A DNA stretch of 64,000 nucleotides. Origin: Octopus sinensis. Lineage: Eukaryota. Positions 12,430 to 23,055 of this stretch are shown here, piece after piece (position 1 is the first letter of the stretch; each line of letters begins with the position of its first letter). The notes below the pieces were generated by a model. It was not told the DNA's origin. It worked only from the letters and a program-made list of their open reading frames with translations, and ran no database searches. The stretch is from assembly GCF_006345805.1 (NCBI RefSeq), contig NC_043006.1:15810001-15874000 (forward strand). Reading direction: 5' to 3'. Both the position numbers and the translations under genes were made by a program.

Positions 12430-13240
12430 GCGCTTGAAAAACTGAAAAGATCGCACTTGACGTTTTACTTAAGGGGGTATACCTATACCGAGCAAATGGA
12501 ATACGTAGGGCAACTGTTGGAGAATTCAGCTTCCTTTACTCGAAGCGCTGGAAAGCGTTCTTCTTCGACAAGAAATGTAGAAGTTCTCAAGAATTCGAAG
12601 ATGCACTAAATCGTGAATTTAAATCCCTGAGCAATTCACCATACGATCGACACCTGGCGCCCTTTGATGTGGAACAATATAAAATCATCCTTTGATGTGG
12701 AACAATATAAAATCATTAAAGATATAAAATTTAGGAAATATCCTAGAAGGCATAACAATGCCAGAAAAAAAAAACAGAGAAAATTACTGGAATTTGAAAA
12801 GGCTCCAGAGATCTTAGCGACGGAGGATAAAACTGGGAATTTGTGCATTGCTCTTACCACACGCTGTAAAAACTAATTACGGAAGAACTTTGTCGTAAAT
12901 ATAAACGTGTACCTAATGATACATTAATCAGTTTAACTAGTGAACGCTTTGAATTAGTTACTGGACTAGAAATTGTAGAACCTAGCCATGTGCTCCCAAA
13001 AAACTTGGAATTAATTCAAAGGACCACAAAATATATTTTGATAGCGATCCAACCGTTAGACTAACATGCCTTTCTCGGATATGTGTAGGATTAGTAAAAA
13101 TATTATTGGTAGAATACTACCGACTCTTAGACCTAAGATTGAACTTGCACTGCTGTCAAGCACACTAGAGGACGTTGGATGGTTCATTAGATCAAAGAAA
13201 AATAGGAGCAAATTTTTGCAACTTGATATATGGAATTATT
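12430..13240 (+). pseudogene. Penelope-like element RT, N-terminal part (split by nested insertions)
   Basis: Frames give IKDIKFRK..EDKTGNL (ADKT-like motif) and ISKNII..VGWF..KFLQLDIWNYY (RT motif preceding YPSI). Confidence 0.7.
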
Positions 13241-13325
13241 ATTACGTCCGCCTTCGCTAAAGCGGAGGTGTTGTTTTCAGTCGTTTTGTTTGTTTGCTTG
13301 TTTATCCGTGGACAAGATATCTTAA
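13235..13325 (+). mobile_element. 5' fragment of a HINE/DINE-1-like (Helentron-associated) element
   Basis: TTATTACGTCCGCC..GCGGAGGTGTTGTTTTCAGTCG followed by a (TTTG)n-type microsatellite and GATATCT, the typical subterminal layout of such elements. Confidence 0.5.
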
Positions 13326-13723
13326 GATAATTGACGCGGTGTGGCTGGTGGCAGCCACCCTCTATAATACAGAAGAGGAAACTAAAATACTTAAAGTCAC
13401 AAGAACTACGGAGGTAAACTGCTGGGGTACGGCTTTGAGGTGACGGTCCACATTAGTTTGCCAGACCTTCATAAAATCATAGAAAAACTAGTTTTGCCTG
13501 ACGAAGCGAAGTTAAGAGTCGTGGTGGAAGGAAGACTTCCTATTTGCATTCAGTGTGGAGTGCGGGGGCACATGAAAGCGAAGTGTCCCGAGAAACATGA
13601 AGAGGAGGAGATAGAGAAATAACAACGAGAAGAAGAGGTTTCAATCGTAGAGGATCAAAGTATGGAAGAACAGTACACAGTGGTGAAGATGAAGAAGAGT
13701 AACGTGAACTCACCACCAAAAAG

Positions 13724-14153
13724 GGATCTTTTCGGTTTGAACGGCAGTTTTTTAAAATAATTTCCACGTAACTAAACACTTTTAAACTTCGTATACTGGT
13801 AGAATGTGTTTATAAAACATCTTTTTCTCTTGGCTTTATTGAGAAAATTCTATAGTTTGTAAGATATTTGTTGTTTTTTTCTTCAATTTCTGCAATTTCA
13901 ACCAATCTATGACGTCTATTGAGGTAAAAAAAAAAAGAGTTCTGTGCCGTATGAATATGTCCCTCGTTTAAGAAACAGATTGGGTTTATTTACATTTGTG
14001 AAAAGAAAAAATATACCCTTCCCCCACCCCTAACCCTAACCCTAACCCTAAAACAGATTGAAATGCAATAGATCGATACTAGGGTCATAATTATGGGTGA
14101 CAATTTCATATGACACCGCTAGAAAAAAACTGCCGTTCAAACCGAAAAGATCC
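13724..14153. mobile_element. MITE with ~29-bp TIRs, 8-bp TSD and internal (CCCTAA)4; Merlin-like termini
   Basis: TIR GGATCTTTTCGGTTTGAACGGCAGTTTTT. TSD CCAAAAAG; removing the insert restores the SPPKSP coding seen in the paralog near 17232. Second copy at 51032. Confidence 0.9.
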
Positions 14154-14403
14154 CCAAAAAGTCCTAGGAAGAAAAGAAAAGGAAATGGAGAGGAGACGCA
14201 GAGCATGAAACAAGGAAAAGGGGACGAGCAGAGAAAAGAATGAAAGGCCAACAAAAGTGACAAAGTCGAAGAAAGAAAACAGAGACCGTTACCAACAACT
14301 ACCACGGAGGAGAAACAGTTCTATATTTACGAGGTGTGGAATTACGTGCATTATTTACATTATTTACGATTGACGGATATTTGTCCTCATCTTGTTTGTT
14401 GTT

Positions 14404-14449
14404 AACACAACGTTTCGGCTGGTATACCCTCCAGCCTTCATCAGGTGTC
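14404..14449 (-). ncRNA. Minimal type I hammerhead ribozyme (left arm, intact core)
   Basis: Minus strand: GACAC-CTGATGA-A-GGCTGG(AGGGTATA)CCAGCC-GAAAC-GTT-GTGTT. Confidence 0.8.
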
Positions 14450-14680
14450 TTGGGGATATTTTGAACCTTGGTTCTCATTCCTAAGGTATTTTTCGATGTT
14501 GTTATTATTGTTATAATTATTATTATTCAGGTCACTGCCTGGAATCGAACTCGGAATCTTGGGGTTAGTAGCCATATGCTACTACGCCATATGCCCCCGG
14601 GCATATGGCGTAGTGGTTAAGAGCGAGGGCTCCTAACCCCAAGATTCCGAGTTCGATTCCAGGCAGTGATCTGAATAATA

Positions 14681-14731
<51 letters not shown>

Positions 14732-14786
14732 CAACAACATCGAAACATACCTTAGGAATGAGAACCCAGGTTCGAAATTTACCCAA

Positions 14787-14832
14787 GACACCTAATGATG
14801 GCTGGAGGGTATATCAGCAGAAACGTTGTGTT
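14787..14832 (+). ncRNA. Hammerhead motif, right arm, core mutated (CTAATGA = G5A)
   Basis: GACAC-CTAATGA-T-GGCTG..CAGCA-GAAAC-GTT-GTGTT. G5A is a standard inactivating change. Confidence 0.65.
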
Positions 14833-15511
14833 AACAACAAACAAAATGAGGACAAATATCTGTCAATTGTAAATAATGTAAATAATGTACGGTGGAGAAA
14901 GTACAGAAGAAAAAGGAAAATGAAAGAGAAACGATAGCAACAAATAATGACAGACATACAGAGATAAGAATACCAGCAACAGTAGAAGAGATTGGTGAAG
15001 AAAAACAGAGAGAGACACCGAAAGGAAAACAATTAAGAAATATGATACAAAAAGAAATTGCGAAAAAGAAGAACGTAATTAGAATTTAATTGTCACCCAA
15101 CGAGAACAATGTAGGTTTGAAAGGTGATCTGCTGGAAAAAGAGGGAGAAGAGAAAGTTTGAAATGTTAGAAGTGACATCGGTGTACATCGCTTTGATGAA
15201 TTGCCGCCGGTGGTGGCATTCGAACATTTAACGGAGTATTTGGTGTAAATGAGGGTGAAGTTAGCGCCTAAACCGTGCAAAGATGCATTTAAAGCAAGCT
15301 TGCTTGTAAAAGAGAAAGGTGAGAAGTTGAAGGAACTATTCGGGGGAAATGATAGAGATATCCCAGTTACAGTTTCGATCCAATGAGTTGCCACCGGTGG
15401 TGTGTCATTTGAGGACATAATGGAATGTCTAATACAAAGGAAATTAAGTGAGATATTCAAAATTTTGAAATAAGGATGTTTTATAAAAATGATGGAAAAA
15501 AATTATGAACT

Positions 15512-15929
15512 GCGCAGGAGTGGCTGTGTGGTAAGTAGCTTGCTTGTGAACCACATGGTTCCGGGTTCAGTCCCACTGCGTGGCACCTTGGGCAAGTGTC
15601 TTTTACTATAGCCTCGGGCCGACCAATGCCTTGTGAGTGGATTTGGTAGACGGAAACTGAAAGAAGCTCGTCGTATATGTATATATGTATGTGTGTGTGC
15701 ATGTTTGTGTGTCTGTGTTTGTCCCCCTAGCATTGCTTGACAACCGATGCTGATGTGTTTACGTCCCCGTCACTTAGCGGTTCGGCAAAAGAGACCGATA
15801 GAATAAGTACTGGGCTTACAAAAGAATAAGTCCCGGAGTCGATTTGCTCGATTAAAGGCGGTGCTCCAGCATGGCCGCAGTCAAATGACTGAAACAAGTA
15901 AAAGAGTAAAGAGTAAAGAGTAAAAGAGT
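15512..15929 (+). mobile_element. SINE, family A (internal microsatellite, GAGTAAA(A) tail)
   Basis: GCGCAGGAGTGGCTGTGTGG..GGTTCAGTCCC..CCTTGGGCAAGTG. TSD AACTG; the empty site AACTGTGTGATA is visible at ~17867. Confidence 0.92.
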
Positions 15930-16237
15930 AACTGTGTGATAAAAACTGAATAATTAGTGAGAGTAATTTTTTAAGAAAAGGGAAAACCTGCTCGTACAAA
16001 ACAGAATATTGAACTGTTAGTAAAAGGTTATATAAAAACAGGAAAATGAAACTACCTCCTTATGGGGGGGGGCGCAGGTTAAGTCGCCCCATCCTAATTT
16101 TTCATTGTATCCTTAATTTCATACGATATGTGCTTTTATGAACCCCATTGTATTGTTTTGTATGTCATTTTACTGTCCCCTCTCTATAAGAAGCATGTGC
16201 TCAATAAAAGAAATATGGACGGTGGTGTTGTAATCGA

Positions 16238-18077
16238 GTCATTTGATTCCCTGCTGCATTTGATGTGTGTTCGCTTCAAGTGAGTCTTCTTTAAATTGTT
16301 GAAGGTCTGCCGCACCTAATTGTTGTATTACTGAAATGTTTAATTTATTTTTACCTGTGAATTTTTATTTTCTTCCCCATTTATGGGTAAAGTTGTGAAT
16401 AACAACATTATGGAAAGTCAACCAGTTCCAACAGGCAGTTACACTGCAGTAACAGGAAATAATCTAATGGCGGAGATCTTGCAAGTAGGAGAAATTCGAC
16501 TGAGCGACACAAATTTGAAGAAACGTAATGAATTGTTACGAAAGGAGGGAGACAGTCTGAAGCTGACGCCGCCCAAGGAAATTATGGAAAAAAAACCCAG
16601 AAAAATGAGAAGTAATATACAGAATACTGTCTATCTCTACAAAAAGAGTTGAAATAGCTGCAGCAGAGGCAGTCGAAGAATACTTGAAAGAAATCAAAAA
16701 CCTAACCACGTATTACACCATAGGGAAGAAATATGCCACAGTGGAGGTACGCTTCGCGAGTGTACAAGCAGCGATAAAACACTCCACTGTGCCTTTGAGA
16801 TCCACCGAGTGGGTACTGCTACCAACCTACTGTGACAAACGTGCGGCCAGAGTGAGGATTGGTAGAGTGTCCCCAGAAATTGATGAGGCTATAATACAGA
16901 AGAGGAAAGTAAAATACTTAAAATCACAAGAATTACGGCGGTACACTGCTGGGGATACATCTGTGAGGTGACGGTCCACATCAGTTTACCAGACCTCCAC
17001 ATAATTGCAGAGAATTTAGCGTTACCGGACGAGATGAAGCTAAGAGTTCTAGTGGAGGGAAGACCTCCGAAATGTTTTCAGTGTGGAGTACAGGGACACA
17101 TCAAAGCTAAGTGTCCCCAGAAATACGAAGGAGAGGTAGAGGTGCAAGGCGTAGAAGAGCGGAGGCCAGAGGAAAATATAGAAGAAAGATACAAAGCGGT
17201 GAAGAGGAAGAAAATACAAGAAAACGAGAACTCACCACCAAAGAGCCCCATGAAGAAAAGAAAAGGATGTGTAGAGGAGAGACAAGTGTTACCAAAAGGA
17301 GGAAAAGCGAACGAGCAGAAAAGAAACGAGATGTCGGCAAAATTAAACGAGAAAGAAGAAGAAGAGAGAAAACAGAGAGCGATTCCAGCAACTAGCACGG
17401 AGGAAACATGAAAAGGTCAGGATAAAAAAAGGAAGACAGCATGGAGTGAGAGACAAGCAGAGAAGAAAGAGATGGAAACACCAGCAACAGCAGAAGAGAG
17501 TAGTGATGGAAATAAGAAAGTAACACTGAAGGGAAAACAATTAAGAACTATGATTCAATACAGAAAAAAATGTGAAGATTGAAAAAGAATCACTAAAATG
17601 AAAAAATGTAATTAGGGTGAAGTTAGCGCCTAAACCGTGCAAAGATGCATTTAAAGCAAGCTTGCTTCTAAAAGAGAAAGGTGAGAAGTTGAAGGAACTA
17701 TTCGGGGAAATGATAGAGATATCACAGTTACAGTTTCGATCCAATGAGTTGCCACCGGTGGTGTCATTTGAGGACATAATGGAATATCTAATACAAAGGA
17801 AATTAAGTGAGATATTCAAAATTTTGAAATAAGGATGTTTTATAAAAATGATGGAAAAAAATAATGAACTGTGTGATACATAAACACTAAAATGGAACTG
17901 CCTGCTTGGGGTGGCTAGTAAGCCATTTCATCTCATCATTTATTCATAATTTCATCATTTATATGTTTTGTGTATCCCATTATATTGTTTATTCTGTCTT
18001 TGTATTGCCCCATGTTTATAAGAGGCCTTGTACCCTAATACAAGAAGTCAGGACGGTGGTGTTTGCACTCCCTGAGT
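16238..18077 (+). mobile_element. Near full-length ORF1(gag-like)-only non-LTR retroelement, copy 2 (frameshifted ORF ~16383-17832)
   Basis: ORF pieces 16383-16652, 16684-16971, 16968-17411 and 17617-17832 join into one protein: RRM-like VEVRFAS region, knuckle CFQCGVQGHIKAKC, K/E-rich linker and a C-terminal domain. No EN/RT follows. Ends AATACAAGAA..GGACGGTGGTGTT. Confidence 0.8.
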
Positions 18078-18085
18078 GCTCTTGT

Positions 18086-18590
18086 TCTACTATTGATACA
18101 GCACAATATAGTACGGCTCTTATTTTTGCTATGCGCAATTCTAATTTATCTAGGCCGGATATTGAACATTAGCTGCACGTTGCTCTCTAATACATTTCGA
18201 TAATAATCAATGGATAAGATCTCATAAGGCTGACTGTTCCGACATAACTATGTGGTGCTACAACTCAGCGCAAGTTACTGATCTTGTCCAAATATATATC
18301 GTATTCTAAATGGAATCCTGGTTTCCTAAGTTGGAGGGAGCGATCTGTATAGGAATGACGCTCTCTTAATATTAGATAATCATAGTAAAGTAGAAAAAGA
18401 GAGCTGTAAGAAACTACTATTCAAATTCTTCAACAATATCGGACTATCTGAGATTATAGAAAATAATTACCGTAAGGTTAATTTTCTTGATCTAACGTTT
18501 TATTTGAATACATGATTATTTGAAATATATCATAAACGGAACAAAAATCTAAGGTATGTCAATAAAATAATAAAATCGTCTACATAAAAT
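18086..18590 (+). pseudogene. Penelope-like RT core, continuation of 12430-13240
   Basis: STI..ALIFA, DITMWCYNSAQVTDLV (= FDvTMGsYDgAevcdLVG), LYRNDAL (= YRDD), VNFLDLTF and IYHKRNKNLRYVN. Confidence 0.75.
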
Positions 18591-18600
18591 CGTCTACATA

Positions 18601-19055
18601 GGCGCAGGAGTGGCAGTGTGGTAAGTAGCTTGCTAACCAACCACATGGTTCCGGGTTCAGTCCCACTGCATGGCATCTTGGGCAAGTGTCTTCTGCTATA
18701 GCCCCGGGCCGACCAATGCCTTGTGAGTGGATTTGGTAGACGGAAACTGAAAAGAAGCCTGTCGTATATATGTTTATATATATGTATATATATATGTGTG
18801 TATGTATGTGTGTGTTTGTGTGTCTGTGTTTGTCCCCCTAGCATTGCTTGACAACCGATGCTGGTGTGTTTACGTCCCCGTCACTTAGCGGTTCGGCAAA
18901 AGAGATCGATAGAATAAGTACTGGGCTTACAAAGAATAAGTCCCGGGGTCGATTTGCTCGACTAAAGGCGGTGCTCCAGCATGGCCGCAGTCAAATGACT
19001 GAAACAAGTAAGAGAGTAAAAGAGTAAAGAGTAAAAGAGTAAAGAGTAAAAGAGT
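18601..19055 (+). mobile_element. SINE, family A
   Basis: Near-identical to 15512, 23870, 47315 and 55676. It interrupts the PLE RT, which resumes at ~19057 (SIIKGIVNNIP..SRLS). Confidence 0.92.
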
Positions 19056-19409
19056 ATTCTATCATAAAAGGAATTGTAAACAATATACCAATTTGAAAAT
19101 CTCGACTTTCAGCAAATTAGATGCTTTGCATTTTAATGTGTACTGATAAAAATGTGAAAAGGAATTCGGAAATTGTTATTCGATGGTAAAATACTCATTT
19201 TTGGCAGTTTGGTGAAAACAACTAATATTTAAAACTCTATTGAAGAAATCTGTTTATTTCGCTTTAATCTTTCTTTATTACACTGCACTTATTTATCTCT
19301 GTTTTAAAAATAGTTAAATGTAAGACGTATGTGTATGCGTGTATATAAATATACATAGTTATGTGTGTTTGTGTGTGTATACAAATATGCACACATACAC
19401 AATATATAT

Positions 19410-19705
19410 CTGTATGTATGTATGTATGTATGTATGTATGTATGTATGTATGTATGTATGTATGTGTGTATGTATGTATGTATGTATGTATGTATGTGTG
19501 TATGTATGTATGTATGTATGTATGTATGTATGTATGTATGGTGTATGTATGTATGTATGTATGTATGTATGTATGTATGTGTGTATGTATGTATGTATGT
19601 ATGTATGTATGTATGTATGTGTGTATGTATGTATGTATGTATGTATGTATGTATGTATGTATGTATGTATGTATGTATGTATGTATGTATGAATGTATGT
19701 ATGTA
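19410..19705. repeat. (TATG)n microsatellite
   Basis: Directly visible. Confidence 0.95.
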
Positions 19706-20127
19706 TACACTACCTTGTATGTGAATTAGAACTTACCTGTATTAATATTACGTATAGTAAAAATTGCAAGAATGTATGTTAGAAGCGTGTTTGCATATAT
19801 AAATAGATATATGTGGGTGTATTTTATTTTGCTCGTATGTTCGTATATTTTATTTTATCTAACTTATTTTTTGTGTTATCTATTTCTGTTTTTAAAATGT
19901 GTAAGGATGTATGTAAGAAATGTATGTATTTGCGTATATAAATGTACATTTTTATTTTACTTTCTCTTATTGTATTTATATGTTTCTGTATTACCAAAGT
20001 AGGAATATAAGAAGTGTATACGTGTATGTACTTAAATATATGTAAGTATATTTCAATTTACTTTATTAAGCTTTCTTTATTGCTGGTTCCATAATACATT
20101 TCGAATACGTAGCAAAAATGTATGAAG

Positions 20128-20159
<32 letters not shown>

Positions 20160-21149
20160 CACATGTAGATAGATAAATATGTGAACATATAAAAATATAT
20201 ATACCACCTTGTATGTGGCTTAGACTTTCAACACAACGTATACTGATACAAAAATTAAACACAGTAAAAATAAATGTAGGAAGCGTATACGTGCTCATAT
20301 AGAAAAAGATATATATGTGTATGTAATAAAACTTTATATACCGCCTTGTATATGGGTATATCAAAGAACATGTATGCGAACGGGGAACGATATACCTACA
20401 AACTTATTTTTATATTTGTTTCAAAAAATGATACAAAAGTCAGAATGCTGTAAATTAACTTTATATAAAGACTAATTCTGGTGAAGAATAAAACCAGCTG
20501 TTTTATTAAGAAAGGTAGGTTTCTTTCAAGGAAACATTTAAGTACAGAGAAGGTCAGTCTTCATCACTTTATCACATCATTATCTCTAAAAGCTTAATTT
20601 TATTCTCTATTTTTTTTTATATTGTTTTCCTTTATAATTTGACTATTAAGATAGAATTGTAATTTATAGTCAACCTGGCCACTTTTTGTCTGCTTCTTTA
20701 TTTCTGTATTTTGTATTTTGATTATAATTGTATTTTGTCTGCCATTATATCTATAGGTTTAGTTTAGTCTGCAAATTGCTGAAAATAGCACTCTGCTTTT
20801 ACAAGGTATTTACACGAATCTTATATAACTATATATACATACATACATTTATACATTCATATATACATGCATATAACAGTTTACTGTTTCGTTACAGGTA
20901 TGACCAACGAAGATAGCGCTCCATCCAGTAAGAGATAAACATCATTTAACATACACAGAGATCCGTGGTTTCATCCTGTAGAGTTACAATAATTTTGGAA
21001 GGTTACATAACGTGCGTCCTGGCAATCTTTGGGGCTCAATACATACCGAAATGTTTAGCAAATGCAAGTACATGGACAAATTTCTATTGTCGAATTGGAG
21101 GACGTTACACTTTCTGGATTGAGTAACTATCTCATCGATTTTGGTGTCC

Positions 21150-21520
21150 TTTCCATTATATCATTGTACACCAGCTGCATGAAGTGTTATATTCGGTGGG
21201 TGCCACATCCTCTGATCATGATCAAAAGTGCACCAGGCTGATCACATCATAGGAAGATCTGACATTGCCTGAGGCAGACTCAGCTAGTTTCCTTGAATGT
21301 TTCCTAACCCAGTATCAGTTTGGAGTTCCCCAATTTGAGCCAGGGACAAAGAAATAATCCATGCAATGGAAATACCGCTCATTACCTGCTACGAAAAAGG
21401 CCAAAGACATTTTATTTTCAAGGAAGGTTATAGCCTCAGTTTTTGAGGATTCAGAATGCATTGTGTTTATTGACTATCTTCAAAAGGACATACCAACAAT
21501 GGAAAGTTCTATGCAAACTA
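21150..21520 (+). pseudogene. Mariner transposase fragment (different subfamily from 5800-7025)
   Basis: RWVPH motif at ~21194, then MQWK..KKAK..KVIASVFEDSECIVFIDYLQK. Confidence 0.8.
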
Positions 21521-22126
21521 GTTTAGTCAAGGGTCAGGCTGAACGTCCGATTGTATTTTGTGTTTCGCTCCATCCATGGTTGTTTTATAGTATTATTTAA
21601 CGTGTCTCGTTGTCAGTGAAAAGCATATTATTGGATCTACATGTTTATTTTTAAATTTATACTATGCTTTGTAAGTCACTTTATAACTTACACGAGAAGT
21701 GTACTTCATTATAACCCAAGTTTCTCGTGTATACGTGTAGCGAACGAAAACTACAAAAATGTATTCTAATCGAAATAAGCGAAACGGAAATTAGACAACG
21801 GGGTGCCTTTTGACGAGTCACCTGACGTAACACATCAACAGCTATGATGCACCACAATTGTTTATACAGCATCTCACCCGCAAGGCACCGGTATACGATG
21901 GGTAAGAAAAACTATGCAGTGAATAATAGTCTCGTGAATTCTTTCTTTCTCTCGTATGTGTGTATCTCTGTCGAATGTGTGAATGCATGATGTATATATA
22001 TATATATGTATATACATACACACACACATATATATATATACATATATACATACACACACATATATATATATACATACATATATATATATATACACACATA
22101 TATATATACACACATATATACATACA

Positions 22127-22177
<51 letters not shown>

Positions 22178-22797
22178 CATGCATACACACATTCGACAGA
22201 AATACACACATACTGTACGTATGGATAAGTGCATATGTGTGTGTGCGCGTGCGTCGTGCGTTCGCGTGCTTGTGTGTGTTTTAAAGTGTAAGTAGGACAG
22301 AGCGTACCGAAACAAAAAATCTTCAGCAAATAAAATAAATTTCAATAAACAAATAAATGAAGCAAAAATCTGACTTTCATCTCTTCACAAATATACGTGA
22401 ATGAGTTAATATTACTATTTGGGATATCAAAAGAATACATAGAGTGTATGTAATATTGAAATTATAAATAAATGGGTAATTGGAACGTATGACTTTGTAA
22501 GTCTTTTCACTTTGTTGTATTGTTATCTAAAAATATTTCTTTACTGATATCTTGTTGTTAGATATCTGATAAAATATGGCAGTATTCAGTTCTTTCATAC
22601 AATTAACGAAGTGATTGTTGTGTTTTTACGAGTATTCACCAAGAATTTCCTGTTACAACAAACAGTCACGAAGTGAATCTCAAAAAATCATATGACATTA
22701 AGTAACTAACAGACAAGTTTTCTCAGTATTTCACATGTGTGTCTCCACAAGCCTACTGACAAGCTGTATTAAATAAACCTTATTTCAGATACGAATG

Positions 22798-22960
22798 AGG
22801 GGTGGCTGTGTGGTAAGCAGCTTGCTTACCAACCACATGGTACCGGGTTCAGTTCCACTGCGTGGCACCTTGGGCAAGTGTCTTCTTCTATAGCCTCGGG
22901 CCAACCAAAGCCTTGTGAGTGGATTTGGTAGACGGAAACTGAAAGAAGCCCGTCGTCGTA
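22798..22960 (+). mobile_element. SINE family A, 5' half
   Basis: Head through GAAAGAAGCCCGTCG, then microsatellite; 3' half absent. Confidence 0.85.
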
Positions 22961-23005
22961 TATATGTATATATATATATATATATTATATATATATATAT
23001 ATATA

Positions 23006-23055
<50 letters not shown>

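Larger units (their letters stand above)
14315..14890. mobile_element. Head-to-head inverted dimer of a tRNA-headed, HHR-containing SINE-like element
   Basis: Centre ATATGCCC-CC-GGGCATAT. The right arm has A box TGGCGTAGTGG, B box GTTCGATTCC, (AAT)n, body, HHR and tail. The left arm (14315-14596) is its reverse complement. Confidence 0.88.
13325..16237 (+). mobile_element. 5'-truncated ORF1(gag-like)-only non-LTR retroelement, copy 1, interrupted by three insertions
   Basis: RVVVEGRLPICIQCGVRGHMKAKC (CX2CX4HX4C knuckle), K/E-rich region, ELPPVVxFE C-terminal motifs, and a 3' end AATAAAAGAA..GGACGGTGGTGTT. Collinear with 16238-18077. Confidence 0.75.

Noticed and set aside
14028-14051. Telomere or chromosome-fusion relic (CCCTAA)n
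   Set aside because: Internal part of a MITE that is present twice in the window.
14599-14670. tRNA gene (anticodon-like CCT loop)
   Set aside because: No acceptor stem pairing and contiguous with a repeat body; it is a SINE head, as are the other A/B-box hits.
14304-14900. Apparent 12-bp TSD ACGG(A/T)GGAGAAA around the HHR-SINE palindrome
   Set aside because: The uninterrupted paralog near 17397 suggests the similarity may be native K/E-rich coding sequence, so a TSD is not established.
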